Made by a program: the position numbers and the translations under genes. This document shows, piece by piece, positions 38,655 through 52,438 of a stretch of 64,000 nt of DNA. This DNA comes from Lingula anatina (taxonomy: Eukaryota; Animalia; Brachiopoda). The stretch spans positions 6,510,001 through 6,574,000 of the forward strand of contig CM120647.1 in NCBI GenBank assembly GCA_051362555.1, written 5' to 3'. The notes under the pieces were generated by a model. It did not search any database. It saw only the letters and a list, made by a program, of their open reading frames with translations, and was not told the origin of the DNA. Position 1 is the first letter of the stretch; every line of letters begins with the position of its first letter.

Positions 38655-41600
38655 GTCAAAATCTGTTATCACCTGGACAAGATAGCCCGCCATTTTGAGG
38701 GGCGGGGTTGTCACAGAGGCGCGATCTAAATTGTTGTCCTGGACCACAGGAGGCGCTGCAGGCGCCCCAAGACAGCCACTGCCCCCAGTTGCCGTTAATT
38801 GGAACTGAAAAAATTAAGTTAAAATACGGCAATCGATATTTTAAAATGCAGAATAATGTGGCAAAGAAATGGTATCAAGTTCTATGGTTAGAGTCATAGT
38901 GGCGACTAATCTCTGTATAGAATAAACTTAGTAATTCTCCTTTGTCTTCATGGTACACCCTACATATGTATATGCAACGCCGTTCAGAATATAAATGTCT
39001 GTAAAGGTATATTATATTCGTTTAATAATGTCCTAAAGTCATATTTTATTTCTTTATATCCGGAAACGCTACTTGTCTTTCTCCATTAAAACCCTAAAAA
39101 CGATACAAAACCCTGAACTAAAAATACACGCGATGTTTCCTTTTAAATCCCACAGGAAGACGAGGCCGGCTAAATGACGTCAATATGACGTCATCTGCCT
39201 TCTGGTTAGGGTTTTTGGTACAAATTGTTAGGATTTCATAGTGATAGCATCTTATTCTCTTTTTGCCATCTTACTAGACGATATTTATATTCTCTGAACA
39301 ACTGATTATCTGCCTAATGGTGGGGTAATTGTACTCATGATAAGTGCTTAAAAAGGAATAACTGTACTTGGTGCGTCCGCCCCGTTCTAATCTGATGTTG
39401 ACTAGATTAAGTACAGGTAAGTACTGTAATAAGCAATCGTCTGATATAATTTCCAAGGGTAGACAATATGCAAAAACCATTTAATTGCATACTCTGTGGT
39501 ATATGCAAATATACCTAGTTCAGACATGCTCATTATTTTTTCATTATCTTTAGTGATAAGGAAGAGAGTGAGTGCACCTTAAGTAGCCTCATGCATTTAA
39601 ACTGTACTACAGTGTTGGGGCAAGGATTAAGGCACATGTACCCTATTGAGTACACTGCACGGCGTGTAAAAGCTTTGTAAATTGAAACGAAATCCAGTGA
39701 AATTGTGTTAGGTGAGAAAGGACAATTGTGCCGGAAGTGACGTTGGACTTACCAATGCAGGGTTGAAGGTTACAGGGGCGGATCTCTTCATAGGGGCCCT
39801 GGCACGTCTTGGAACCCTCTCCAGACGGGGGAGGACTGTCGCACAGCCGGGTACGCACCTGTATAGCCTCGCCACATGTACGGTCACAGAGGGACCAGGG
39901 TGTCCACTGCCCCCAACCTGCGTCCACTGGAACGGTATTAAATCCAATGTGTTGATATAAACATGTAGGCCTACTGGTAAGCTAGAAACAGGGAGCTTTC
40001 AATATTGAAGAAAGGATACAAAAAGAATGGCAATGTATGAATAAATGACAAAGAAAAGGAGCTAATCACTTTGGTAATTAACGTTTAACTTCATCCAGAA
40101 AAATATGTACTGTAGTACTTGGCATCCAGTTACTTCACAGGTACCTGCTTATCAAAAAAATAATAAATAAATAAATTATAAGAATTAATAAATTAATGAA
40201 AAAACAAATAAAATTACAAATGTAAGTAAAATAAATGAATAAATAAATAGGTTAATTAAAAAAAAAAAAACGATTAACAGGAGACTACATTGATATTTCC
40301 CCCAAAAAAATCAAATCTCACCGTGACAGATAACTTGCGTCAAATTAGACCGGATTCTTGCGAGACCTCCGAAATCGCTGACGTAAAGCACGTTACTTGA
40401 CGGGTAGGCAATGGTCTCCAGCTCCGCCAAGACGGCGTCGCCGACACCGATCGCTACAACCGTTATTCCGAGAGCGTGGACAGTAGGAGCGACGTCAACC
40501 ACGGGCGGTCCGGTGTTTGACCGTCCGTCGGTGATGACGAAGGCGACTTTTCTTGTCCCTGAAATGAAAATATGTGATAACTGAGTATCGCTTCATTTAT
40601 GATTATACTGATGATAACGACATTCACTTCTTTCATAGCGCATTACATTTAAATGCACTTTATAAGTATGAAATATAAAATTCAAAAGAATTACCGGTAC
40701 AATACTAAAATGATAGACACCTCATTTTAAAGTTTATTCATAATAGACAATATTCATAACACTTTAAAACGATATGTTTTTAGAGAGACTTCAAAACCAT
40801 CAAAATCACTTTTAGCTCTGATATACATGCATTTGTTCCATTATATTGGGCCATATTGGATTAAGGACCTTTCTGCATGAAACTGCGCATCGCCATCCAA
40901 GTAATTCCTTAGTGGCCTACTAAAATCTTAGTGAGTTTGAAATATCATCTACTAGTTGTGGTATTCTGGTGGTTTGTCGCCATTCTGACTAGGAACGCTT
41001 CGGACCAAAAAGCAGCACAACCATGGTTTAGACACAGTAGTTATCCATCTCTAATCTCCTTATAACCTTTATCTGATGACGAAAATAAAAAAAAAATCAC
41101 TAGAATAATAAAAAAAAAACTCTCGATCCAGGTGATTTTTCTGAGAGAATCGGTTCGATTTACCTTGCCTCGACCCCAAATTCGGATCCATGATGGCGTC
41201 TCTCATCTTCAACAGGCCGTCACCCGTGTTGGTCACTCCGCCGAACCACTGCATGTCCTTAATGGCCTGAAGCAGCTCGTCTTTGTTTTGGTATCTGTTT
41301 AAGTTAAACATCACCTTGGCGTCGCTGGAATACCGAACCAGACCGACCTAAAAGAACAATAAAATGTGAACAAGGGTGGGATGTGCTTACACAGTTTATA
41401 CCTGTACAGTAACCGTACATGTATAGGACAATAAAGTGCATAGCGGGTGAAAGTATTATCTTCCAAAAGAATAAAACAGAGGATTGCGTAAAATTATTTA
41501 TGCCTTGTTTGCAAAGTATCATATCACTGTAATTGTATGTTAATAATTTTACAATAAGGAGTAAGAGAGAGCATGTGAGCAATTAGGTTAGCATTTATCA

Positions 41601-44037
41601 ATTGTTATTCGAGGGGCAATTAAAATAAATGATAAGAAAAAAGGAAAACCGACCTGAAGATTGTCCGTGCCTATATCGAAAGGTTCGATGACGGACGACA
41701 TGAAGTTGGTTGCCTGAAGTGGAAAAAATATAAAGATGTAATTTTGAATCCTGACACGAAATTTTTATTTGATCCTGGCGGTTGTGGGGAGGGGAGGGGG
41801 GCATCTCAGAGCGCATTCAGAACAAATATGGCCGACCCACTTGAATGCTTGTTGCGTATTACCCGCGGGGAATGTGTCTAATTATGAACAAATCTATTTA
41901 CATATTATTTCCAGCCATTTACCTTAAACATCTAGGGTTCAGGGATGCGTGTAGAAGATGATTGGTTTTGTTTTGTTTTATTTTGCTAGTTGTGCATTCT
42001 TGTGGACGGGAATCGAAGGGGGTTATATGTCCAGTTTGCTAGTCCAAAGCATGTGACTGAGAGTTCATTCATAACAGGGGACTAACAGACTCACTGAGAA
42101 GTCTGCCGCTTAATTTGATTCAAAAATACCTGTTCCCATCCAGCGGAGCCCACACTCGCGGATCCATCCATAACAAAGAATGCGTCGACCGGCGTGTACA
42201 CACAGTGTTCGCCAATCGGAATCTCGATATCTAAAACATGGAATGGTGTAGTGAAAAGTGGAAAATCATAAAAATAACGGGAAAGCAGTTAAGTTTAGGA
42301 GGAATCACGATATCTAAAACTAGGAATACTGTGCGAAAAAATGGATATCTGGACTCCGAAAAATAGCAGTGGTATAAAATAAATGGCATAAAAATCTGAG
42401 CGGAGTCTCTCGACACATACTGTACTTGGTAACGGTAGTCCTTTTAAGTTTTATTCTATCATTTACAAACGGTTACTTTGATTTTTTAGATACGATAGAA
42501 CTTGCCAAAGTGCTATACTGTATATTTAGAGAAATAAATCTACTTCGTTAACTTACTCTGAGCACGCGCAAGGCAGACGAGTCCAAGAAACACAATGACG
42601 AGAAACCTGAAATGTTTGCAATGCATTATGGTATATGTAAACGACGCACAAAAAATAATAAAAACGTGTATGAAAAGTTCACTCAAAACAGGAAGATACT
42701 GCGTCTAATTCAGCAATATTATTATTAAAAATCCAAGCATTTGCGCAAACGACATTGTAATAGAACACATTTAAAGATATTCTACTGGAAAACGCAGTCA
42801 CGCTTGCAGAATAAACCGCTGCATTTACACAGATTATCGCATTTTAGTCGCCCACGTATCTGGAAATGTTGCCCTCAGATCAGGCACGGCAGACATATCA
42901 TAGTACAGGATTTGGATTTGTTCGAGTGTCGTGGGCTGAATTAATAAAATAAAGACTGGCTTAGGGCTCAGTTCTACTGAAACTATCGGTCTACGTATAT
43001 CGATTCAATTCCGCGGGGAATCTCTCTGAATGGAATCAGATTAAAATATAAACACGCCTCTTCTCGTTTCCAGCGTTCTCGTACAATTCTCAGTCTTTAA
43101 ATGATTTTTCCACTAAGCAGTGCACATATAAATCACGTCAGTGACGCAAATATTTTGTGTCAAGTATTCACGATTGTTTTCCATCACTTTCAATTGCTGT
43201 TGATTTTACCATATTGGAGGCCTCTATATATAAAAGTATAAAACTGTAAAAATAATGGGGTAAGTCAAATTATGCAAATATTACACTAAATATGTGCGTC
43301 ACTCAGTACGTAACTGAAATATTAACTTTTTCGTGGAATTACCTGAAAATACCCCTTTGTATCATTAAAAAGGAGCCATACCGTCCTTGCGTGATGAAAA
43401 CTACTATCTACACCACACTCCAAAAACAATTACCAGTCCCACACAAAGCAGCAGAGACGCTGAGGTAGGGCAATTTGTTTTACCGTACTTATATGATAAG
43501 AAACCCATTACTGTTGGCTTACTAGGTGAATATATAATTTGCATTAATGATTTCAGTGTGTACCAGGAAATGCGGTATGAATGACAGGCTAAGATGATTT
43601 TTGAATGTAGAATAAGGTCAAAACTGGAGTTTTCAACGAGAGCAAATTATATTACTCTTCAAAGTTACAGTTATTATTTTATATGTATATTTTAAAGTAG
43701 GCGTAGATAAGTAAGTTTAGAGGTATTTAAATAAGCGAAAATTCAAAATGAAAAGTGATATGTTGACGAACAGAAACACAGTATTAAAATGACAAATAGA
43801 TGCCCCGGCGAATCATTCCATACAAACAGCTAACCAGCTGACTGACTCTCTAACTACACTTTACACGCATGAAGCGCTTATTTAATAAATCAATTTATAT
43901 TCTGATGAAATAATACTTCAATAAATGTGGAATAGAAATATGACCAAAAGCTTCACACAATCTATTATCTTGGGACAGACATTGTTTGTCGCTTTGAAAG
44001 TCATCCGGCCAATCGGCCAATGTTACCTTGCCGCCAT
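27466..44037 (-). CDS. Secreted vWA + 15 x TSP1 + C-terminal SUEL/rhamnose-binding-lectin-like protein, ~1170 aa, 21 coding exons
   Basis: Exons: 44037-44027, 42606-42557 (signal peptide [19 protein letters not shown]); 42230-42130, 41713-41654, 41347-41164, 40558-40322 (vWA, MIDAS DGSAS/T/TDG); 39926-39753, 38804-38673, 38165-37791, 37101-36931, 36600-36430, 36046-35876, 35379-35209, 33969-33799, 32191-32021, 31506-31336, 30330-30148, 29649-29473, 29052-28879, 28263-28096 (TSP1); 27755-27466 (CNGKSAC...PC...LKINYRC). All introns are GT-AG with consistent phase; 3513 nt. Confidence 0.88.
28314..28416 (+). mobile_element. Right half of the 52223-type MITE
   Basis: ctcctttctacgaccac...atgccagtttcatggtcg...aaaggacgccgtccagtgtaaa(a)ggggtt is shared with 52340-52438. 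Confidence 0.75.
30625..30780 (+). mobile_element. MITE family F, copy 1
   Basis: ttaagtcagttccctggc.tag.tgac...ccatgtgaccatgtaacct..gtaattaagttctta is shared with 53370-53490. Confidence 0.75.
32939..33278 (+). repeat. 170-bp direct tandem duplication covering the left flank and most of the left foldback arm
   Basis: 32939-33108 equals 33109-33278 except for one C/T difference. Confidence 0.92.
33143..33695. mobile_element. Young foldback/MITE with ~163-bp near-perfect inverted arms (33143-33305 and 33533-33695) and a ~227-bp spacer
   Basis: The arms are reverse complements with about 2 mismatches. The element lies in the intron between two TSP1 exons. Confidence 0.9.
34378..34470 (+). repeat. 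27-bp minisatellite, ~3.4 copies
   Basis: caatg(g/a)cct(a/t)ga(t/c)aaatct(g/a)gg(t/c)ca(a/c)c repeated. Confidence 0.8.
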
Positions 44038-47000
44038 CTTGACTTTGGTCACGTGACGTTCTCAACCTTCTCACTGTTCACAACTCCACCCGTCCGACGT
44101 CACGCTGAAAAGAAAAAGAAAACAGTTTTGATATTTTGTATGATTAGGCAAATGCAAACAACTCAGGAAAAACACAGAAAACGTATCAACCCCAATACTT
44201 ACCACACGAATAAACATGTACGCCTACCCTGTAGTAAATAAAACTGTCAACAATATCATGGGGTAAATTGTTCCTCTTTACAGACCTACATGTATCATCC
44301 ACTTTATGTACCCCAAAAAATTTCAATAATCCCTCATTTCATTTCCTTTCTGCAAAATTTCGTGCGCAGTGCATTCAACTTACAGCGTACGTGCCAACCC
44401 AGAATGGACTGCTCAAGAACACAAGCGCGCTTTTTGTGCGAACTATTTAACAGAACTCTCGATGTGACGTCAAATGTTAATTTATAAGTCATTTGTATCA
44501 CATTAAAATTGAATAGTCTTTTAAAATAATTGTAGTACGGTACAAGTCACTTGAAGGACCATTTAACAGAAAAAAATCGTTCGAGACTGAGGCTGGGCGT
44601 TACAGACCTAGAATAAAATTGACCCAAATTATGACAATGACAATAGGTGTCCTCCTCTATTCTAATGATTTTAACGACACCAAGAGTATGAATTTGTTTG
44701 AAAGATAATTGGCATGAGTATACCTTTATTATCGTAATTTGAAGCGTTAAATGTGAAGGTAATGTACGACGAATGAACTCGGGGTCAGCTCGTTAATTAG
44801 AAGGCGTAAAACAACGCGCATTAGTGTCAAAGTTTTATGATGCAGTAATAAGTCACCATCGTGTAATTCACCGAAACAGACGGTAAATATGGGGTTAAAA
44901 GGTGGGTGACATCGAGTTAGGGAGGACGTTCACGGCACTTGGTCATCATCCCTGACCGCGGCCCTTTTCAGACCCCTTAAAAGAGCCAGTCAAGGACATC
45001 ACGTGATATACCCTACCGCGGTCAGTAAAGGTGAAAAAATTCAAAATAATTTACCGGGAACTTCCCTTAGACGTCCTCTGAGGTTAGGGTGGGTCCCATT
45101 GAAGCATAATAATTTCTAAGTCGCGCAAATAGTAAACAAGGACATTTTAACTATAAAAAGTAGAGCACGGGGATGGAAAATTACCTTGGTTTTGTCTCGT
45201 TTGTTTTACGTAGGCCGTTTTATTTGTTACACATGTAGTGGGGGGGGGGGATCGTTGTGGCCCCCTTGATTCCTTAATATTTTTGGGTGGGTCGAGTATA
45301 TTTGTTCAGACAGATATGTCGGAAGTGTTGGTATTTGGGGCTATTCTTACCCAAGACTCATCGTATTCGTTATTATGACGTTTTGACGTAGAGTAAAGAA
45401 CTGAGAAAACTAAGAATCCGTGACATGACCTTCGTTTCGCTCAATATATCAAACGAAACCTGTCACATGAGGTTAAGTAGGCAAAGATAGGCTTTTAAAT
45501 GCGACACTTCTTCCCTTAAAAGGGGGGTGACATCGAGCTGGTATGACGTCTGTTGTCATTACGCTAAGAAGATGAGGTTGTTGTGCGCATTTGAAACGAA
45601 AACTGTAAGTGACACGCGTTTTAATTGGAATATATCACATTACTAAAATATGCTGATAAGCACCGCAAATCAGTAGGAGAAAACGTACATATGTATATAT
45701 GTATATGCGGATGGGTGCCAACCACACGAAACATGACAAGCGATTACGGTCACACATATTTGCCACATAAGTTTTAGTTTATTTTTAATGACGACAAGGA
45801 AATAAAACGCGCTGTCCTTCAGGTTAAAGTGCAGCGTTTAAATATAAGGCGACGCTCGTACCCCGGACAGCGGTCATCAAGATAACAACGAACCACAATG
45901 GTCATTAAAAAAAAAAACACGTTGTTAACACAACTCATAAATGGTTCTACAGAATAAAATTGAGGGAGCTAAACTGAAAATGTAACATATTGATTCAGGA
46001 GTGTTGAAAAACATGCCGATATTTGTGGTCAGAATGATCTCGATGCAATTACTGTCATGGTTAACAACTGACGCTTTTAACATACTTTCTGCTTTTTTTC
46101 TCAGCTATTATTCGCAAGAAACAGACTGAGCTTTAAATTTTCCTTGTTCGATAAAAAAGGTCCATCTCATTAAGCTGCTTAGATTTAAATTAAAGCACCA
46201 CCGATGCTTTAAAAAATTATATTTTTGTTGACATTGTGATCAGTCAGTCGTCTGCTAAGCACCACGCCTCTTCTTCGTTCACAAGCTTAGACGTCGTCTG
46301 TACCGGTGTGGTCATTATGACGTCACGTAAGACGCTTTGGGAACTACATTCATCCTTGTTAATGTAATGGACGTCCTTGGTGTGTCTATTTATCTACGCA
46401 TATTCCATATTCAACGGTACCAGTAGATCCATGGTAGCGTTGATAAGTAACAGTGTCATTTATATCTTAAGACATACCAAGTGGTACTGTACCTCTACAC
46501 CGTACGTGGTTTTCATCAAATACGTTAGTTGTAAGTTCTTTAAACAAGAAAATAGGGGACAGGGGCCTAGTTGAAAAGTACCACGACTACGCCGTGTGCA
46601 CCAATTCAGAATTTACATATACAACTTAAATTTTAATGTACATGTAGGAAAGTGAGAACTGTGGTGGACTTCTTATCTTTTTATTTTATTCCTGAACTTG
46701 GCTGGGAAACTAGTCGTTATCTTGGACCAATTGCAACGCTACACTTTTGTTTTATGAATAAATAATGGCATTATGTCTGTATTTATAAGACCGTGACTAG
46801 TCGTTAATTGATGCACACCTTAACGGCTCATGTGACATTTCTCACGTACATGTGAATTTCACGTATAACCGAACGACAAGGTCAATCATTGAGTTACAAA
46901 TGCATGGAAATAAACCAACTCAAACAACGCAACATTTTTTTTATCTTACGGGTGCACTTCAACAAATGCCGGTGCGTGTTCTTATGGAGCCTTTTTTATT

Positions 47001-48725
47001 TGGCGTTCTGAATTATATTTTTTTTTAATTTTGCCTACTCCTTGAGTTGAATGACCCTGAGAAGTGATACGTTTGTATAAAGATAAAAAAACGGGGCGAT
47101 ATTCCTCTATTAGGACATATTTCCGTCTGTTATCATCGCAGTAAAACCACACACCTCTGAATATTACTGTGGTCGACTGGTGATACAAAATGTTTTCACC
47201 GCATTAAATAAATACGACAAGACATCTATTTTTCTATTTTTATAATCCTCCCCTCATGAAATATGAAAAAAAATTATACATGTGAAAAGTGACCAAGCCC
47301 AAAAGAATTTTAACTGAGCTGAGATATTTAGAATTGCGCTCTATTAAATCAGGCAGAAGGTTAATTCTCGACTTGTGTGCACTAACGTAATACAACACAG
47401 TGTATGATACTCCATATGTATTTTAGAAATAAGTCAAAATTTAAAACGACTTGAAGTCATTTAAGACAAATTCCTATTTTACCTTATACACCTACGGGAT
47501 AACGACCCCTGCACTATTGCAGAGTATTTTGATAACACGTAGTTGCCATTTGGAAAGAAAATCACACCGTTCACATATTCAAAATCAGACGAACCTTTCA
47601 TTTTTAATCAAATTTTTATCCAATACATTTTAAACCTATGACAACCCTTTGTTTGTGATTTCTTAAGATTCTCATTTCAGACACATTCCAAACTACGTGC
47701 AATTAATTATGAATTATCCAAGAACTACGACGACAGTGATAAAACTGTCCGATCTTAGTAATTTAGCACCCTGTGTGTGATGACACCCATTTTCACCGTT
47801 ATGTTTAATTTATATATGTCCGTTAAGATGGGCTATCTACACAAAAATGTCTCTGTCCTTGGTGAATACATATTCATACGTTTAATTCTTTGCTGCTTGT
47901 TACACCGTATTATTTTGGTCAGCGACTTGCGGTTACTTAAAAATACTTACAAATTAAGATTTCGGGGGCCAGCAGAACCTGCAAGTGTTATACGGGACCA
48001 CCAAATCAAATTAAAAAAAAATCGTTCTTGTCTGTTAAATTTATCTTTCCATTTATACGTTAGAATATTTATCACGTTGGCCATAATCTAATTATCTGAA
48101 AATTATATACGTACTCTCACTCTCATGAGATGTACTGTAGTTCTTGGCTTAGCATAAGATGTTTATAAATAGATAAATGAGTCTGGAAATGTTAATTCTT
48201 TTTTTCCAAAATTCACTTTGCTTTTAAATGGGAAGTGAGAACTTGTCATTAACTTTCTTGGACCTAGTTATCCCATTTTGATTGTGGCACCCTACATTTT
48301 TCATGCAACATTTAAAAGATAAGCGGCATACCGAATACCTTTTTCGCGATAAAACCAATTATCAATGTAATCTTTATAGTTTAATCCAAAAAAATGTTGC
48401 GACAAACATAGATATCCTCAATACCTCCCAAGAGATATGGTTAAGATCCTACATTCCAGAGAAACAATTTAGGGCACGAAATAAAATATCTCTTCCACAG
48501 AAAGTCCTTTTTGGCAAAAAATGCCGCAACAAATAATTATATTAATACTAACTCCTAATATCAGAGTTAGCTAAAAATGACAGTAGAAAAGCATTAAGAA
48601 CGTAACTTCTCTTATTTTCATAATTTTTCAGCTAAAACATACTTATTTCATACGTTTTTTTCATTGTTTACAATGAAACATTTCTCCTTTGCTTTCTTTA
48701 TAAAATGAATACACCAATAACTCAC

Positions 48726-48840
48726 CTGTCCAGGGGTTCCGTATTCTCTGAGTGCGCGCTAGCGACTGAATCTCTCTCGCCTAATCCCTACCTCTGTCAG
48801 GGGCCAGACCTAGTTTAATATTCAGCATAATTAAGGGGTG
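48726..48840 (-). other. Candidate non-coding first exon of the vWA-TSP15-lectin gene
   Basis: Strong donor CAG|GTGAGT at 48726/48725. The ATG-containing exon 44104-44027 has a strong acceptor (ttctttttcttttcag), so an upstream exon is needed. Assigning it to this donor is tentative. Confidence 0.35.
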
Positions 48841-50605
48841 AGGAGATGGGAGATGATATCTTTTTTTCTGATAGCAGCGAACGCCGTAATTTCGGCCAGT
48901 GATAATTTACGGAGAATGAAGACAGCGCATGTGCAGTGTGTCGCCATCTGGCGGTATGTTTAGCCAATTGTAACGTAAAATGTTGACGGAAGAATTTTCC
49001 ATGGTTTCACACACACACACACACACACACTTTCTCTATCCTTTTCTTTTTTTCCCCCAAAACCGCGCTCCTGGTATTTCCGGGTCTGAATATACTGTCT
49101 TTATAAAAATAAAGATAATAACTTTGTTTATTATTCACGAGATTTAAAACAATCCCTGCGGTTGGTAAGGGGTTGGGGTAAATTTGTCCTGGGTGAGGGG
49201 GTTTTAGTGAGGAAAATGGTGAAGTGTGGTGGTGGGGGGGGGGGGGGGGGGCGGGTCTGAGGGTTGGGCGATGGGGGCAGAAATATTGTATAATTTCGGC
49301 TCGTCAGGTCTCACTGTAAAATACATAAAATAAGTAAGAATACGACGTTCATTGGATAAAAAGACTGTGAAGCTGGTGCATTCTCTGAGGATCCGACCAC
49401 ATGAATAATTTTACAACCTGTGTGGGTACAACTACAGAACTCTTTTAATACCACAGGCGATTATGAGCTTTACCGCTGTTCCTTCCCGGTCTCAAACTTT
49501 TCCCACAACTCAACGATAAATCCCACAACTCATATATACTACAAATTACTTCCCCCCACTTCGCAATCAATGAACCACGATACCTATTTAAAATAATGTT
49601 CTAATCGCGTGTGGAGGTGAGAGGACCCTGAACTCGTGTTGGAAAAGAAGAAAAAAAAGGATAATCCAAGAAGGTAATCTCTGTAGGGTATAGTACCGGT
49701 TCCCCTCGACACTGTTTGGTTATTTGATAAAGTAACCATGTTGTTTGTCATTATCCCGTCACTTACCTGAACCAACCAGCGTGACAACAGAGATGACCAC
49801 TCAGATTAAGTTTTCACTGTCCCCAGACTTCCTTAAACTCGTGCAATTTTAAAAACACGTGAGTTGTGGGTACAGTTTGCTTGAGTACAATTAGCATGAA
49901 TTCTACAAATAATAATATTATTAAGAGTAATGTCGTGAAGTCTTGTAGGCCCACGGTAAAGCGCACGCGTGTTTCAATTTCGTAAACTCAAGATAAATAT
50001 TTTATGAACCGACGGGCACAACTTTCTTCTAAACGTATTCTATACCTCCGGATTAAACTAATATGAATGCTTACTGATCATGTTTCACTCTACAGATTTA
50101 TTAAAACCATTTGATCATTGATAAATTCATGAACAGGTACAATAGTAGTTGATAAAAAGTTCTGACTGAAGAAGAAAAAAATATTAAAGGAAAAATATTA
50201 TCATAACGACTCCTTTTTCCGATCTTCACAAAAAAGCAATATTCATATCAAAACGCGCCGTGGTAATTACAATAATAATGATAATGGTTATTGTGAAAAT
50301 AATAATAATTTAATAGCTATTCAACAAAAGCGAGTAAACAGAAATATATTATTGTGATAATTGCCAAAAATCTTTTTTAAAATCTTGGGATCAGTTTGGT
50401 TTGCGTTTCCCGGCATATAATTGTGGGTCTTCCAAAAAATAATTATATTTGATGGCGAAGTTACAGTTATCAAGTGACCTGTTGTGATTGGCCTTCCTTG
50501 TACTGTTCTTTTGCTAGCTTACAGCGCCTCATACGGCAGATGGGCAGTGTCCTCCATAAGCAGCTGAGCACGCTAACACCCAGGGTGCGTCCTGGTCAAA
50601 AATGA

Positions 50606-50760
50606 CCAGGGCTCCGTAACTCGAAAGCATCGTGAATTGCGACCGAGCGCAAGAGCCTCTATTCCATAACTCTGGATTTACTCGTCCCGTGTAATAGCCT
50701 CGAAATGAAAGGAGATATCGCTATCGCAATTCGCGATGCTTTCGTGTTATGGAGCACAGG
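50606..50760. mobile_element. MITE with ~37-bp imperfect TIRs
   Basis: ccagggctccgtaactcgaaagcatcgtgaattgcga ... tcgcaattcgcgatgctttcgtgttatggagcacagg. Confidence 0.7.
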
Positions 50761-51356
50761 CGTCTAACGTAAACCGCACTGCGAACTGCATGGGAAATGC
50801 AGTGTCAAGGATATTTAAGAACCGAACTTTTTTTTTTTCATTTTCCTTCGGTCACATTGACAGAAGACGCCCTTCAAAGAAACATCAAAGACATTAATCT
50901 AAGACATTAATCTGTGTACTGAGAATGTTATTATTTTAACCTTTGTCATAATACAACTTCTGATTTTCCAAGTACACGCAATGCTGTAAATATTTGTGTG
51001 ACTTCTGTGACCTGTTTTACATGAGAACGTTCTCCGAAATTTGGCACAAACTTTTACACCAAATTTTAGTCTTCTTTGGGCCGAATTTTAGTCTTTTTAG
51101 ACCAAATTTTAGTCTTATTTAGATCAAAATGAATCAGTAGTAGCTTAATCAAATGAAGCAATGTCCCTCTTTTATAACAAGAAATAGCAAAATTTACAGA
51201 CCAATAGTTATTCTATTTCAGTTTAGTACACAACTGCAGATTTATGATGAATTAAAATACACGAAAGCTGTCTTAAAGTTTACGCGAACTTTGTTTAAGC
51301 ATCTTACATTACGGTTTTAGTTATTAAAAAAAAAAGCAACTGTACATGTATCAAAA

Positions 51357-51399
<43 letters not shown>

Positions 51400-52222
51400 A
51401 TGATAAAAAAGCTCTTCTTGAGTCTACAAGCGAGTAGTTTTAACGACCTTAGTTGTTTGTAAAATAAGTATTCTTTAGGTTGTATGAAATTAAGCAGTGT
51501 CTACGACAATCTAGGTACATCAAAACCGCTTTCTGTTTCTGACAAAAAAAAAATGGTGCGTGAGCAAGTCATTCATTCATATGCTAAAACAAAATACTGT
51601 TATTACGAAAAATTTATCCTCTGGATTACCATATAAGTTGCATGTTGATGTCCTAGTTCATGTCAGAAAAAAACTGTACTTCTGAAATTCCACCCATCCG
51701 AGATTTTAGATATGTTCATGTATTATTAATTGGCAATGTCTAGTGCGGGTGGCTCACATATTTCGCTTGTCCACCGTATATCATTACAAAGGACTCTCAT
51801 TAACGACAACTCCTGTCGCATTTTTCCTCTGCAGGTGGATGTTTGCCACGCATATTTGAAGCCTAGTGGCCTTTCTCGATTTCAGAAATTATTTAGGTTT
51901 AGGGATTTAGGGCGTCTTCTGGGTCTTCCGGAAGACGGTCAGATTTTCAAATTTATACGGACGGGCATCTAATTTTACGCTGTCGGAAGACGGTCAGAAA
52001 TGGAGGATGGATCAACAAAGATGATTTGGAAGACTGTCAGAAAATATTTCTGGATCCGCCCCAGCTGCAGAGTGCCCCTTCTCTCCCTTATCCGTTCCTC
52101 CATTAATGCTGAACGACTTTGCCCCCACCTCCCGCCCAACGCCCTCATAAATTCCTAGGCTCGCCAGTAAAATCTCAGCTAAAACACTGTATTTACTTAT
52201 AACGCGTCCACTCAGTTTGGTT

Positions 52223-52438
52223 AAGCCCCCTTTACACTGGACGGCATCCTTTCTGCGTCCCGAAGTACGGCCCCGTTTAAGAGTTACAAAAGGTACTTTA
52301 CGTGCCGACAACTGGCCAAACTTTGAGCATTAATTCTGCAACCAAAGCAACGCTTGTGTCTCCTTTCTACGACCACATGCATCAATGCCAGTTTCATGGT
52401 CGCACACAGAAAGGACGCCGTCCAGTGTAAAGGGGTTT
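52223..52438. mobile_element. MITE with ~30-bp TIRs (Harbinger-like ends)
   Basis: aagccccctttacactggacggcatcctttctg ... cagaaaggacgccgtccagtgtaaaggggttt; second partial copy at 28314. Confidence 0.8.

Noticed and set aside
42421-42440. Candidate 20-nt micro-exon (aag|GACTACCGTTACCAAGTACA|gtatgt) between the signal-peptide and vWA exons
   Set aside because: The flanking exons already join in phase 1 (CAG A|AT ATC). Inclusion would shift the frame, and there is no polypyrimidine tract.
44005-44105. Cluster of CCAAT, CCGCCATCTT (YY1-like) and CACGTG motifs suggesting a separate promoter
   Set aside because: The YY1-like motif is the start codon context (aagATGGCGGCAAG|gtaac) of the vWA-TSP15 gene within an exon that has a strong acceptor; an independent promoter cannot be supported from sequence alone.
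44300-52200. Long stretch with many short ORFs between the CILP-like gene and the vWA-TSP15 start
   Set aside because: No domain motifs or phase-consistent exon chains found; treated as intron/intergenic regulatory DNA with repeat fragments.
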